Assembly: GCA_965644265.1 (NCBI GenBank)
Contig: OZ286459.1
Coordinates: forward strand, 106,144,001-106,208,000
DNA length: 64,000 nucleotides
Source: Glycera tridactyla
Lineage: Eukaryota
Direction: 5' to 3'
Shown: positions 13,171-27,825 of the stretch, in pieces
Layout: every line of letters starts with the position of its first letter
Position numbering within the stretch: position 1 is the first letter of the stretch
Notes under the pieces: generated by a model
Database searches by the model: none
What the model was told of the DNA's origin: nothing
Seen by the model: the letters and a program-made list of their open reading frames with translations, nothing else
Position numbers and translations under genes: made by a program

Positions 13171-16100
13171 TTCCTTGACTGATTCCATTAATGTCAGTAC
13201 CTCTCCAGTCTCGACGTGTGAGCATTTGAAATTTGTGTAAATGATGAAAAGTTAAAATCCCACACCATTATTCTGTACCTAGGTCAAATCATATCATACT
13301 TATATCATTCATTATCACCATTCATCTTCATTGATCGTATCATCTCACATCATCATCACATGTTCCCGTAGTTAATCATCATTATCATCATCAGCATCAT
13401 CATCATTATTAACAACAACAACAACAACAACTACGCCCACCAATGCTTACAACATAGAATAATCAATATGTTTACGAAAATACAACTTTGTTGGAGGGCG
13501 GAGGGTGGAGATCAGGAAGGGATGATAGGTTGATATGGTATTATGTATCTGGAATGGGCTGGATCTAATCGTGAGATGGGTTGATGGTGATGGTGAGTGT
13601 GGCACACTACTATCCATATGATACACCATCTATAATGCATAAAGTGTTGTATGGCTGTGATATCGGGCGATAATTAGTGCAGGCGTCCGCACCATCCCCT
13701 CTAATATCAGCCCCCTCCCCCCCCCCCCCCACCTCACTCCAGCATCCCCGTTATTGCCAGCCATTAACTAGTTAGCCAATGGCTAAAACACTCCCCATAG
13801 CTGCCTGTAAAACGCGTGAATACTTTAGCCAAATGGCAAAACGAAGTCGGGGTGCAAATGAAAAAGCGGAATAAAACCTTATATGGGTATTGTCATCATG
13901 ATAGATCCTTGTTTATGTATGATATGGTGGCTAGGGAACATGTTTCTCAAGTTTGGATCCAGATACACAGGTTGAAAATGAGTGATGGCGAAATTGAGGT
14001 GATCTGCCGATGCTCTTGACTGAGTCAGATCCGCAATCGAGTGAAATGGATGCATAAGCCAAATTTCTTACAGGATTAATGCAAATTGGCGAGAGCATTA
14101 TATGGGCGAGAAAATCATCCCCTTATGTAGATGCTGCAGTGATGACAGGTCTGTTTCTATATACGATTCGATGTCTGAAAAATCAGAATTCACGTGTCTG
14201 GATCTTCATATATAATGTCTCGAATGAGTGATGACAAAATCAACAATTTTGACTAAAGTATGAAGAATTCAAATATGAGTGGAATAGAGGCTTCAGCAAG
14301 TTTGTCACAGGAACATTCTAGTGATGCTAACGTTGTATTCCATGCGCATGAGGTCACGTTCATGTAATTCAATGCCAACATGTCAGTCGAGATCGAATAT
14401 CTCAAGCTATCGATACTAGCCTTGTACAAACATTCACTTCAAACGCATGACCCTTTTTTCACGAGTGACTTATATTTCTTTTATGACATTATTTCGATGT
14501 GGATAATGATATACTTTACCTATTTTTCTCAAAGACTCTTTCGACATGTTCCGATACAGCCAAGGAATGTTGTCAATTTCTCGGATGTACTGATCTTCCA
14601 AATGCTGCTCTCATGGGCATCCGTGGACAAGATGTCCAATCTTGGGTGGGCGCAACTCTCTACATGTGATTGATTTTTGCACATTTGATATATTTTGAGA
14701 ATGGGCATTATTGTGGTACGCTTCGATGTGGGATCATCCTGCCTAGGCGATCACCCGATTATGGATGGATTATCGCATCGTTGAGAGATCCGATTTGATT
14801 AGTTGATCACGCATGTTGATAATCAATTACATTTGTGAAACGTTCCAGTACCTGTATTGAGTCATCGTAGAAGATATCACCATCAACATACATTCATCAT
14901 TTCACAAACCACCCGATTTGAAGCTGAATATCTCAGTAAGTGCGTGAAATACAACACAAGTCAGCGTAGCACTTTGATGGCCCCTGCGGGTAGAGTATTC
15001 GAGGCAGGTTTGATAATATACCCTTTTGTTTTTTCCCGCTAAATGCGGGTACAAATACATGATTTCACGGCAGATTTTCCGTTCAGCCAGGTGAGTCTGA
15101 ACGCCGACTATGTGATTCACCATCTTTCGCTGCCGGGTCTGATCAATCGATCAATCCTTCTTCAACCCAGACTGGGCACTTCTAGAGTCTCCATCAGATG
15201 TACTCCGGGCCAGCCTCAGTCATACCAATATTGTATAGAAGGCTCTCAGATTACCTGTTATATATTCAGTATTTTCACCTGTATATCAGTGCATTCTGCC
15301 TCGGCATACGGTGGTATCGCTCCAAAGATGCAGACGCACCTACCAGCAATGCTTCTTGATCATCTAGAGCGTGTATAACTCTGATTACAATATCACATTT
15401 GTGCCATTATATCAAAACCTTGCCGATTTCTACGCCTAGGTTGGGTTGAGGAGCTGCCAAGGATCAATCAATCAAGCAAGCGGCCTTAGCACCTCATTGT
15501 CTCTCCTATGGCGCTAACGCGCTTTGCTTTGAATCGTCAACTTTGCGCAAAAAGATTCGGTCCCAGTTCATATGACATACTGTGGGATACTCCTTGTTTG
15601 ATGATTATGTGAGTAGATAGTCCCCTTTTTATCTTGTCTGGAATATGTTCGATGTCTCGCTTGAGAAAGTTCGTAATATTCCTTCCTGTATTTCCAAAGC
15701 ACGTGTCACTATCAGGGAAAGCCCATCTTATGACGAATGCATCTGTATAAACGCTACAAGTTGGATTAAAAATCATTCAATTTTAATTGTTCGAAAACCA
15801 ATCTCAATTCTATTGCACTGACCTTTCAATAGAAATGAAATTTACCTTAACCTCTCCAACGACTTTCCAACTACAACACAAGGAGGGTTATATCATTCAT
15901 ATGGATGGCTAATCTTACATGGCGGCATTACTTGTGTCTGGATCATGGCAGTAAGCCTTACCTGTGCATGATGTTGATTCGTACCCAGTTTTACCCAGAA
16001 ACCAAGCTATAACCGAATACCCAGTTGTACCTCTGTATGTTCGGGAAATTGGTACATACAATAAGGCATACGATGAGGCATGGCTGGAATCATTCATGCC

Positions 16101-18027
16101 TTTTCCTTCAAGATCCCTGATGGAAGGTGAAACGATATGAAATCCACGCACACTCAACGTGATCAGACGAGATATGCCGAGAGTGCTTCAATCACAAGAA
16201 AGTGAAGGGACAGAGATCTCTTGGATTTCATGCTAGAAAAGCGTGGTATTAAGTTGGAAGTATCTGTGTTGATTCTGTATAATACTGCGTATGAGGAAGG
16301 ATCAACGTGCTAGCATGTGGATTCACAGTAGACTAGAGTCGGTCCACTGGTGGAAAAAGAGGAAGCGCATTGTGGGCTTATTATTACCTGTCCATACTCA
16401 TGAATTATACCACTTGTACAGAGCAAATGACTGCCGAGTGACGTCATATGGAAAGGGCGCATGCCCGGTATACACCCATTCCTCCCCCACATATTCCTAT
16501 TCATTTATTGTTATTTTGAGAGCAATACCAATTCAAATGATATGAGATCAATAGCATGAAATCATACCTGCCTACAGTCACTGCTATTGTTTTCATGAAT
16601 TTAGAGCACACACTTTGTGGGGAATAATGCCTTTGTCCATATTGACAGACATAATCTGCATGGACATTTGCGTTCATTCCGAGGTAGATCAGGCTAGTGG
16701 CCCTAAATGACACTGTTGCCGCCCATACATCAGTCCCACTTGCCTAATTCTTGCATGGCGGCTGGGCTCTTGTCCCCACCGAACCCAATTGAGACAGACT
16801 CTGACGCAGACGGGANNNNNNNNNNNNNNNNNNNNNNNNNNNNNNNNNNNNNNNNNNNNNNNNNNNNNNNNNNNNNNNNNNNNNNNNNNNNNNNNNNNNN
16901 NNNNNNNNNNNNNNNNNNNNNNNNNNNNNNNNNNNNNNNNNNNNNNNNNNNNNNNNNNNNNNNNNNNNNNNNNNNNNNNNNNNNNNNNNNNNNNNNNNNN
17001 NNNNNNNNNNNNNNNNNNNNNNNNNNNNNNNNNNNNNNNNNNNNNNNNNNNNNNNNNNNNNNNNNNNNNNNNNNNNNNNNNNNNNNNNNNNNNNNNNNNN
17101 NNNNNNNNNNNNNNNNNNNNNNNNNNNNNNNNNNNNNNNNNNNNNNNNNNNNNNNNNNNNNNNNNNNNNNNNNNNNNNNNNNNNNNNNNNNNNNNNNNNN
17201 NNNNNNNNNNNNNNNNNNNNNNNNNNNNNNNNNNNNNNNNNNNNNNNNNNNNNNNNNNNNNNNNNNNNNNNNNNNNNNNNNNNNNNNNNNNNNNNNNNNN
17301 NNNNNNNNNNNNNNNNNNNNNNNNNNNNNNNNNNNNNNNNNNNNNNNNNNNNNNNNNNNNNNNNNNNNNNNNNNNNNNNNNNNNTGGCAAAGTGATTGGC
17401 TGTCTGACTGGCTGACTAGTTTGCTATCCTGTCTGATTTTTTTGTCTGTCTGTGAGCGCGTGTGTGTGTATGTTCGCCTTTCTTCTCCCTGCACCTAGCT
17501 TGTTATCATCTCGGAACTTCGCTTCCATCTCAGTGGTATTCCATGATTCAATTTCGATCTGAAAAAGACTGAAGCATGTAGATAGTTCATGAATGTAGCA
17601 GGGCTGTAGTGTCTGTAGTACTAGCCTAGTGGGAGTCTGTCTAGTCTGTGATGCTGGTTTCGGGCGGGAGGGGGGTGGGGGCTCGTAGATTCTTAATTGG
17701 CCTGCGACTATTTGTCTTCATTTGTTGATAGATGCTCGCAGCTATATGGGATCTGTCAGGCCTAACTGCGTCGTATGCATAATGCAAGGGTAGGCGGGCC
17801 TGTGAAATATTGCCATCACATCGTCGCTAACATATATTCCAGCATACTCAGTCGTAGACAGTCGAGTTGCAACCGATTGATTGATTGAAGGGAGGGCGGA
17901 ATGGGTTTGATGTCCTGGTAGCTATGGCAGTATGGGTCTATTCGAAATATGAGAGTGGATCTGGGACAACATCTCAATTTTAGTGGGAACCGACCAGAGT
18001 GAATTGAATGATTTCAGTAGGGTGTCG

Positions 18028-18030
<3 letters not shown>

Positions 18031-18120
<90 letters not shown>
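18031..18120. repeat. (GA)n microsatellite, ~45 units
   Basis: Seen directly. Confidence 0.98.
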
Positions 18121-18121
<1 letters not shown>

Positions 18122-18320
18122 TGGTTGGTTGGCAGTTTGTTATGTCCTCCCTGAATGTCATCTGGACTATTTTGGAACACTTATAAGTATGGCTGGGCCT
18201 CGATGAATGCGATAATTAGAAAACTCCTACCTCCGGCTTCTCAAAGGAAGGTAAACAATCTAAAATGCAAAGACACTCAAGGATCGGGATGGAGATTGAC
18301 AAAGAGAGAGAGAGTGGAAG

Positions 18321-18352
<32 letters not shown>

Positions 18353-20264
18353 TGAGCGTGGTCTATAGTCCTCTTTCTCTGATGAGACAAAGTTCCGAAG
18401 TTGGCTGAGACACTTAAATTACTGTAGAAGGCATTGCTTCAATGCATATGGAGCATCTCGAATATGTGTATGTCAGATTGCACTGCCTAGTATGATCAAA
18501 ATGCATGGTGTTCCATACTATCATGACTGACAATACCACGATTCCGTATTATGGGGTGAAGGCTCAAGTTGAAATCAGAGAAAAGACTAGTGCGCTCGCA
18601 GCATGAATGGACAGCCTAGATTGAAGATAGCGCTTGTCATTGAGGTGGTGAAACCACTGCGATAGGCAGGGCGTTGAGGTAGGACATAGGTCAAAATGAA
18701 GATGAATTGACATGAAAGGTCACATGTCCAATATCAAATGATTCGAGTATGGGACTATTTTCCCGTTCACACAGGACTCACAAGTTGAGTCAGTCAGGGT
18801 GTAGGGATACAACGATGGTACGATGGCACATGTAACATTGTGTAACAGTTCTTCATGCCCGAAGCGGGTTTCCGAAGGTGACATGATCGAAATACAAATC
18901 GAAGGCCCGGTAACTCCCCATTAGAGACATCCATATTAACTGCATTGTGGTCAAACAGTTCCTTCACATTATGGAACAGTTGAACAAGTGTGATTCGCCC
19001 CTCATTTTTGAGACGACAATATTCAATGATTCATCCAATCTTCTTATTGATAAGCCTTGTTAAAACATTTGTCAAATTTTATTCATTGACTCATTCAATC
19101 TTTCTCTCGATACACACTGTTATCATATTTCTTTTTCATTCAATGACTTGATCATTATCTCTATTGATAAATCCTATTATACCCATAGTTATAATGAACC
19201 AGTGATCTCCGTTCCACAAAGGGCAGACTAGCAACAGACTTATGAAAAGGTGTAGAGCTGCAAAATAATGGCAAGGCCGACAAAATGCCGACATTTACAT
19301 ATTACTGCGTGATCAACAATCCGGGATCAGAAAGAGCAACCCCATCGTTACATATCCGGTCAGCTACTTGGATACTGATTCTACAAGGACTCATCAGACT
19401 CAGTTGAGTGATTTCCTTCGAATGGAATCATAGTCTACTCTCCTTCTTTTCCATCATTCAGTTGTGTTGTCTACATTCATAACGTAGAACTACGAGGCTA
19501 ATATCTTCAGCAAATTCAACGTTCTTTTTCCACATCTTTATAATTCAAATTTTACACAATCCTGGTGACTCATCAGGGAATTCTCTTCGCTATAACGCAT
19601 TTTGCAGTATCCTTGCATACACCCTCAATATGTCAGTGTGAACAGACTCCTCTGTGAATAATATTCTGAGCTATGCAGTAGCCTTCTTGGAGAATCAGGG
19701 CTTCTTACGCTTATGCAGCTCGGATGAACTTTTGAGTCACACCTGTGTTGGCTAATGGCGTGGCTTTGAGCTAGCACTATGTTTGTGTGTGGCTGCTTGT
19801 TCGTTAATGTAGCTTCATTAAATAGCAAATTGAATATTAGGATCATCTATCACCTCGGGCCTTCAACAACATTTTTCGGCCCGTTTCACAATGTGTTATA
19901 AAAATAACCGATTCCGGGGTAAGGAAGTATATGTGTGACCGGAGTGTAGGTGTGTATGTGTGTGTGAGTGTTTGTGTGTGTATGTGTGTGTGTCTGAGTG
20001 TGTGTTTGTGTCTCTATGTGTGTGCATGNNNNNNNNNNNNNNNNNNNNNNNNNNNNNNNNNNNNNNNNNNNNNNNNNNNNNNNNNNNNNNNNNNNNNNNN
20101 NNNNNNNNNNNNNNNNNNNNNNNNNNNNNNNNNNNNNNNNNNNNNNNNNNNNNNNNNNNNNNNNNNNNNNNNNNNNNTCTGTATATGTGTGGGGGGAGTG
20201 TTTCTGCTTGTTTGCATCCACGGTTGTAGCTGCCGAGACTGCCTTTGATTCAGAGGAATACATT

Positions 20265-20426
20265 TATATAGAATGTCCCGAGTGCCGTGTATGGGGAGAG
20301 CCCACGTGTCAAGTAGCGGGGCCACGGGGACGCACGAGTGGCCGGAGGCCACGAGTGCATCACTGGGCCCCGCTACGAGACGCGTACACTCTCCCCATAC
20401 ACGGCAGAAGAGATATTCTGTATTTA
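20265..20426. repeat. ~160-bp GC-rich foldback (MITE-like) element
   Basis: 18-bp perfect inverted pair TGCCGTGTATGGGGAGAG (20283-20300) / CTCTCCCCATACACGGCA (20389-20406), plus GTAGCGGGGCC/GGCCCCGCTAC and an inner GTGGCC/GGCCAC stem. Confidence 0.75.
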
Positions 20427-20692
20427 TCATCCAATAAATGAATAGAGGAATAAATTACCTACAATTTGGTGTATAGATTGTGAAAATAGGACCAGCGGTT
20501 GTTGAGTTACAGTGATTTTATTCGAGGCATCTTTCCTAACTTTTGCCGTGACGCTATACAATTGAACCCGCGACGCTGCCAGTTGACCTTTGACCGTGAT
20601 TGTTCTTTGGCCAATCAGCAGTGGCGTGCAAGTGTCGGAATGGTTATACCACAAGGAGTATACCATTTGAGGTTATACGATCGCTTCGTACG

Positions 20693-21992
20693 TACACGGT
20701 GAACGTCGATTATATACATGATACACCCTCAATCGGATGATAATGTCTAAAGCGAGTGTGCTGAGTCCAAGTAACCGATGTGAAGGTTTGTTTGGCACAA
20801 ATCCAAATTCATGTAGCCATCACTTCATCCATGATAGCTTCTTGGAGATTATTGATTCTGTGGAATACCAGGATTTTACATATTCCATCACCTTTGGCGA
20901 AAGACCATTGATATATTTGCGTCCAATTTGGGATGCCTACGGATTTGCCAAATCACCAGTTCCTCCGTCGATACACAGAGATCAAACAAGCATCATTTAT
21001 TGCTTCAACATCAATGTCCGAAAGAGAGAATGGCGAATAAGATGATCAGGGTAAGAGTTGAGAGCAGGCACTCCAGTTCTCATCTGACATTCTCCACAAT
21101 GGGGAGCAGGACTGAGTAACCTAGGCAAAAATGCCCTATCGATACTGGACTATACCATCATACTGATCGATAGAATCAGTACTACTCACCTCTGTTCTTC
21201 CCCATTCCGCTCTCCACCGAGATAGAAAATCAAAAACAAAATACACACAGTTGCTCTGAAGACAGAGCATTTTCGGTGCAGACGAAAAACACAGAGAACA
21301 TCCTTGATCATTATGTACATCCAGTAGATAGCGGTTAATATACTACACAGTGAATGTCAATTATATACATGATACACCCTCAATCGGATGATAATGTCTA
21401 AAGCAAGTGTGCTGAGTTCAAGTAACCAATGTGAAGGTTTGTTTGGCACAAATTCAAATTCATGTAGCCATCACTTCATTCATGATAGCTTCTTGGAGAT
21501 TTTTGATCCTGTGGAATACCAGGATTTTACATATTCCATCACCTTTGGCGAAAGACCGTTAATATATTTGCGTCCAATTTGAGATGCCTACGGATTTGCC
21601 CATTCACCAGTTCCTCCGTCGATACACAGAGATCAAACAAGCATCATTTATTGCTTCAACATCAATGTCCGAAAGAGAGAATGGCGAATAAGATGATCAG
21701 GGTAAGAGTTGATAGCAGGCACTCCAGTTCTCATCTGACATTCTCCACAATGGGGAGCAGGACTGAGTAACCTAGGCAAAAATGCCCTATCGATACTGGA
21801 CTATACCATCATACTGATCGATAGAATGAGTACTACTCACCTCTGTTCTTCCCCATTCCGCTCTCCACCGAGATAGAAAATCAAAAACAAAATACACACA
21901 GTTGCTCTAAAGACAGAGCATTTCCGGTGCAGACGAAAAACACAGAGAACATTCTTGATCATTATGTACATCCAGTAGATGGCGGTTAATAT
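20693..21992. repeat. Tandem duplication, 2 x 651 bp, highly similar
   Basis: Units start TACAC(G/A)GTGAA(C/T)GTC at 20693 and 21344. Paired ORFs 20737/21388 and 20928/21579 are offset by exactly 651. Confidence 0.95.
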
Positions 21993-22410
21993 TCTCAACA
22001 TACAAATTGTTTGCCTAATTTCTACCAAAACTGTGGTCCAGTTCGTATTCTATATATGAAGGGTAGTTCTTCAAGCTGGTCTACTTCCTCTTACAACCTT
22101 GTCTACTTCTGTGAGCTTCGGAGGCTTCGAAAGGATTCAAACAGTTTCAGCACTTCATTGACCGCTTCATCATTGCCGATTAAAACAACACAGCAGATAC
22201 ATTCACATGATACTTATATTCACGAGGTTAATACAAGGCTCACAAATAAATCTCCTTGGGCTGTATGTATTGCATACAAATACCAAATAGAATGTCTGAT
22301 AAGTAGCTTACTCTTTCCAAATGACGAAAATGTGCATATTATAACTCCTGCACTTCATCGTGGCATATAGAATTACAGAAAAAGCTGATACGATGTATTT
22401 TGACCCTCAC

Positions 22411-24900
22411 CTACTGAAAACTACACCGAGTCATGGCATAGAGAACTGCAACTAATCTGATCCCATGATATTCATTTTCCATCCAATGAAAACTACAGCG
22501 CATCATGGCATGTAGAACTGCAACTAATATGATCCCATGATTTTCATCTCCCATCCAATGAAAACTACAGCGCATCATGGCATGTAGAACTGCGACCAAT
22601 CTGATCCCATGATTTTCATCTCCCATACAATGAAAACTACAGCACATCATGGCATGTAGTATTGCAACAAATCTGATCCCATGATTTTCATCTCCCATCC
22701 AATGAAAACTGCAGCGCATTGTGGCATGTAGAATTGAAACTAATCTGATCCCATGATTTTCATCTCCCATCCCATGAAAGTTGCAGCGCATTGTGGCATG
22801 TAGAATTGCAACAAATCTGATCCCATGATTTTCATCTCCCATCCAATGAAAGCTGCAGCGCATTGTGGCATGTAGAATTGCAACAAATCTGATCTCATGA
22901 TTTTCCTCTCCCATCCGATGAAAACTACAGCGCATCATGGCATGTAGTATGGCAACCAATCTGATCCCATGATTTTCATCTCCCATCCAATGAAAAGCTA
23001 CAGCGCATCATGGCATGTAGAATTGCAACAAATCTGATCCCATGATTTTCATCTCCCAACCAATAAAAACTACAGCGCATCATGGCATGTAGAATTGCAA
23101 CCAATCTGATCCCATGATTTTCATCTCCCATCCAATGAAAAGCTAGAGCGCATCATGGCATGTAGAATTGCAACAAATCTGATCCCATGATTTTCATCTC
23201 CCATCCAATGAAAACTACAGTGCATCATGGCATGTAGAATTGCAACTAATCTGATCCCATGATTTTCATCTCCAATCCAATGAAAGCTGCAGCGCATTGT
23301 GGCATGTAGAATTGCAACCAATCTGATCCAATGATTTTAATCTCTCATCCAATGACAACTACAGTGCATAATGGCATGTAGAATTGCAACAAATCTGATC
23401 CCATGATTTTCATCTCTCATCCAATAAAAGCTGCAGCGCATTGTGACATGAAGAATTGCAACAAATCTGATCCCATGATTTTTATCTCCCATCCAATGAA
23501 AGCTGCAGCGCATTGTGGCATGTAGAATTGCAACAAATCTGATCCCATGATTTTCATCTCCCATCCAATGAAAGCTGCAGCGCATTGTGGCATGTAGGAT
23601 TGCAACTAATATGATCCCATGATTTTCATCTCCCATCCAATGAAAACTACAGCGCCTCATGGCATGTAGAATTGCAACCGATTTGATCCCATGACTTTCA
23701 TCTCCCATCCAATGAGGAGCTAAAGCGCATAATGGCATGTAGAATTGCAACCAATCTGATCCCATGATTTTCATCTCCCATCCAATGAAAGCTGCAGCGC
23801 ATTGTGGCATGTAGAATTGCAACTAATCTGATCCCATGATTTTCATCTCCCATTCAATGAAAGCTGCAGCGCATTGTGGCATGTAGAATTGAAACTAATC
23901 TGATCCCATGATTTTCATCTACCATCCAATGAAAGCTGCAGCGCATTATGGCATGCAGAATTGCAACAAATCAGATCCCATGATTTTCATCTCCCATCCA
24001 ATGATAACTACAGTGCATAATGGCATGTAGAATTGCAACTAATCTGATCCCATGATTTTCATCTCCATCCGCTGAAAACTACAGTGCATCATGGCATGTA
24101 GAATTGCAACCAATCTGATCCCATGATTTTCATCTCCCATCCGATGACAACTACAGTGCATCATGGCATGTAGAATTGCAACAAATCTGATCCAATGATT
24201 TTCATCTCCCATCCAATGAAAGCTGCAGCGCATTGTGGCATGTAGAATTGCAACAAATCTGATCCCATGATTTTCATCTCCCATCCAATGAAAGCTGAAG
24301 CGCATTGTGGCGTGAAGAATTGCAACTCATCTGATCCCATGATTTTCATCTCCCATCCAATGAAAACTACAGCGCATCATGGCATGTAGAATTGCAACCA
24401 ATCTGATCCCATGATTTTCATCTCCCATCCGCTGAAAGCTGCAGCCCATTGTGGCATGTAGAATCGCGACCAATCTGATCCAATAATTTTCATCTTCCAT
24501 CCAATGACAACTACAGTGCATCATGGCATGTAGAATTGCAACAAATCTGATCCCATGATTTTCATCTACCATCCGCTGAAAGCTGCAGCGCATTGTGACA
24601 TGTAGAATTGCAACCAATTTGATCCCATGATTTTCATCTCCCATCAAATGAAAACTACAGCACATCATGGCATGTAGAATTACAACCAATCTGATCCCAT
24701 GATTTTCATCTCCCACCCGCTGAAAGCCGCAGCGCATCATGGCATGTAGAATTGCAACCATCTGATCCCATGATTTTCATCTCCCATCCGCTGAAGCTGT
24801 TGCGCATTGTGGCATGTAGAATTGCAACCAATCTGATCCCATGATTTTCATCTCCCATCAGCTGAAAGCTGCAGCGCATCATGGTATGTAGAATTACAAC
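22411..24900. repeat. 72-bp satellite/minisatellite array, ~34-35 copies
   Basis: Unit AATCTGATCCCATGATTTTCATCTCCCATCCAATGAAAGCTGCAGCGCATTGTGGCATGTAGAATTGCAACA; 24-aa periodicity in the minus-strand ORFs. Confidence 0.97.
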
Positions 24901-25384
24901 ATATCTGTTCGGAGGGCTTTCGACCCCCACCCCCACACCTACTCGAAGCTGTCCTCAACTAAATTCACACAGCCAGAATGTAGATGCGTTTGAAGAAGTC
25001 TATTAACAAATGAAAACCTCTGAGATCATATGCACAAGCCCTATTCAATGCATTCAAGTGTTCATGTTCCCTACTCTGATCAAACAGCATCTTTCGTGTG
25101 TTTTGCCATTGCCTTTGAACTCGAGCATAGGCATTCATTTAGAGTCTTTACGTTTGGTACCTTTGAAAAACACATGCATTTCAATGAGAGCGAGACAGTT
25201 TCACCAAGCGGCATGTGATTAACAATTGAAATCTTTGAAAAGAGCATGCATGCCTTGATGATGGTGAAACCGTTCCATTACACTGGCGTCTAATTTTCGT
25301 CTGAAACCTTAGAAAAGCACTTGAATAGCTTGATGATGATGAAACAGGTTCCTCTCTGATGCGCGTAACGCTGAGAATCTTGTG

Positions 25385-25821
25385 AAGTATGTCATGTTCA
25401 ATCGTGGCGGGTACGTCTTTCGCCCTAGCATCGCGAAATCGCATCGGATTGAAATGAAACTCACTGACAGACATTGTTGACCTCTCCGACGACTCTAAAT
25501 GTGGTCTCGGCGAAGTTCCCTTGTAGAATTGACCTTCACGCCCAATGTGTCGAGTTCATGCTGGTTTCACAGGTAGTTCGGCGGCCGTGTCTCCACTGTT
25601 TCACGTACACATATTCGCCGATAATGTCGGATTATCCGCTCTAAAAATGCAATGAAATGATGGCACAATTCTCGTCAAAAGCGTGTAGATTATCCGGAAC
25701 CGGGTTCGATTATCGCCGGAAGACCTACACAACAAATGCGTATCATTAAAACTCAAATCGTACGAAGAATGTCAGATTTGTCGTGTGAAACGTGCCCGTC
25801 ATATTTGGATTTGACAGAGTT
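25385..25821 (+). mobile_element. TA-flanked MITE family, copy B
   Basis: Begins ...GTTCAATCGTGGCGGGTACGTCTTTCGCCCTAGCATCGCGAAATCGCATCGG; ends AAACGTGCCCGTCATATTTGGATTTGACAGAGTT; collinear with copies A and D. Confidence 0.7.
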
Positions 25822-27760
25822 AACAACAATAGCCTGGAGATATTATCAGCGCACACCTGTGTTCTCCAGGATATAACGCTCACCATAGACGAATAACCCA
25901 CTCACATCTCCACCATTTGCCGTCAGCACAATATAAACAACATTACAATATAATCAACATTACAATATGAACAACATAACAATATAAACATAATTACAAT
26001 ATGAACAACATGTAGCTTTTGGAACATCTTTTTCATTTTTCTTTAGGAGTGTATCTCCGACACCCCCCCCCCCCTCCCCCCCCCCCCCCAGGTTGACAGT
26101 ACAAGAATATACATATGCGTACAAAAATAGGCATGTCTTCACATATAATGCAAGATCAGACTTTGTAACTGCAGGTAGTGTCATCACATATGGTACAGAA
26201 ACTGATATTTCAACTGCAGGTAGGTTATCTTCCGATATACTGGTCCATGTTATGGCGATATGGTTTCATGTTGATACAGTTTCACAAGACAGGGCACATT
26301 TGGTTGAAAGTTTGGTGGCATTCACCGAACACTTTCTGACTGGTTCTTTCTGCTTGATTCGTTTACTCACATATATTGACATTTCATAGTTCACACAGAT
26401 AACAAGAATGCCTGAGTTGCTATGTTGAGAGACACACTTGCTGTGTCTCCATACCTGTTTATCTCTCATAATATAGAAGTCCAATGTTATTGATAATAAG
26501 AATATATTATCACTTTAATAGTTTGCAAGCCATATTCATTAAAGCAGTATCGTTACATATTTGTTATTTCATAGGCAATGAATAATTGTATACTGAAATC
26601 TCCTTTCGATGCTATTTCGGGCCATGTTATTGATTTAAAAAAAATGACATACCCTATTTGTTCGACTGACATTACCAACACGTTCCCTTTATAACTAAGC
26701 TATCATTCTCTCATTTCATACTCCTCCTTTTACTTATCTCACTTCCCCAAACCGTACATCAACCGACTCTCTATCACTTCATATTCCCCTTCTTACCCAT
26801 CTCTAGTATTCCTGTTCTCTTTCGGGATAATATAGTCATATTGTATGAACTCTTTTTATGAATTCAAATATAACGTTAGACTGTTACAAATCCATTATAA
26901 ATCGTGAAAATGCGATGTCTCACGTTTATTGATATTACGCTGGGAATATATATATATATGTTCCCAGGACTGGTTTCACCAAGGTTGTACTCAGTATGAC
27001 AAAGGTACTCTCAAATACCATATGTCTCTGTGAATCGAATGGTTAGAAAACCATGGTGATAAAAAGCACCCACGTCACATCGGGAACACTCACCCTTTAG
27101 TGACCAGAACCCTGCAGCTATATACTACCCACAGTCATAAAAGGCAAGGCTGAAAGCATATAAAACGAGCCATTGCATATATGGCCTTGGCTTGCTATCT
27201 GAAATATGCTGATCCATTCTCACACTCCTTACGGACACTCAGGGCTGATACACCTTCGACTATATTGGATGAAAGGACAATAGCACGAAAAAGAATTGAA
27301 TGTGACTTTCCCAAAGTGAGGGTGGATTCGAATAATCACCCTCCCGAATTTCTACATATCAATGAGAAGGCAATACGGCTAAACATGTAATCCAGACTAG
27401 TCATACATGTTCCAATGCTCTGGAATGATAAGTTGAGTACATGAATGACACAAGGTTTTTTCTTGATATTCAGATGCTTATGAAGCACTCAAGCAGTTTG
27501 AATTGAAAATCCCAGATTGGAAAATATCTGAATGAGGTCATCTATAAGTTAATCAATCTCATTGGGAACATGATTTGTTGCCCATCTAGGCAAGAGTATG
27601 GGCTTATATCAGCAGAGTGTTTCACTCGCTTTATCATTGATTTTACAGATTCGATCAAAAAAAAATTGATTTGCTGACGAAAGATGTGTGACAACCAGGA
27701 AATGAGATCTTCTTTCTCTCTAAAAATTGAATGCACAGTCCTCGAAACCAGTCTGTTTGA

Positions 27761-27761
27761 C

Positions 27762-27824
<63 letters not shown>
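27761..27824. repeat. (CTGT)n microsatellite at the edge of a gapped simple-repeat block (CA-rich to ~28745)
   Basis: Seen directly; flanked by three N-gaps. Confidence 0.95.

Positions 27825-27825
<1 letters not shown>

Noticed and set aside
15190-15400. LYRRLSDYL...QY motif resembling a LINE RT domain
   Set aside because: Too short and no neighbouring RT motifs could be recovered by eye.
22411-24936. 72-bp array as a CRISPR array or a repeat-protein gene
   Set aside because: No unique spacers and no cas genes; the ORFs are by-products of a unit length divisible by 3 and are broken by indels.
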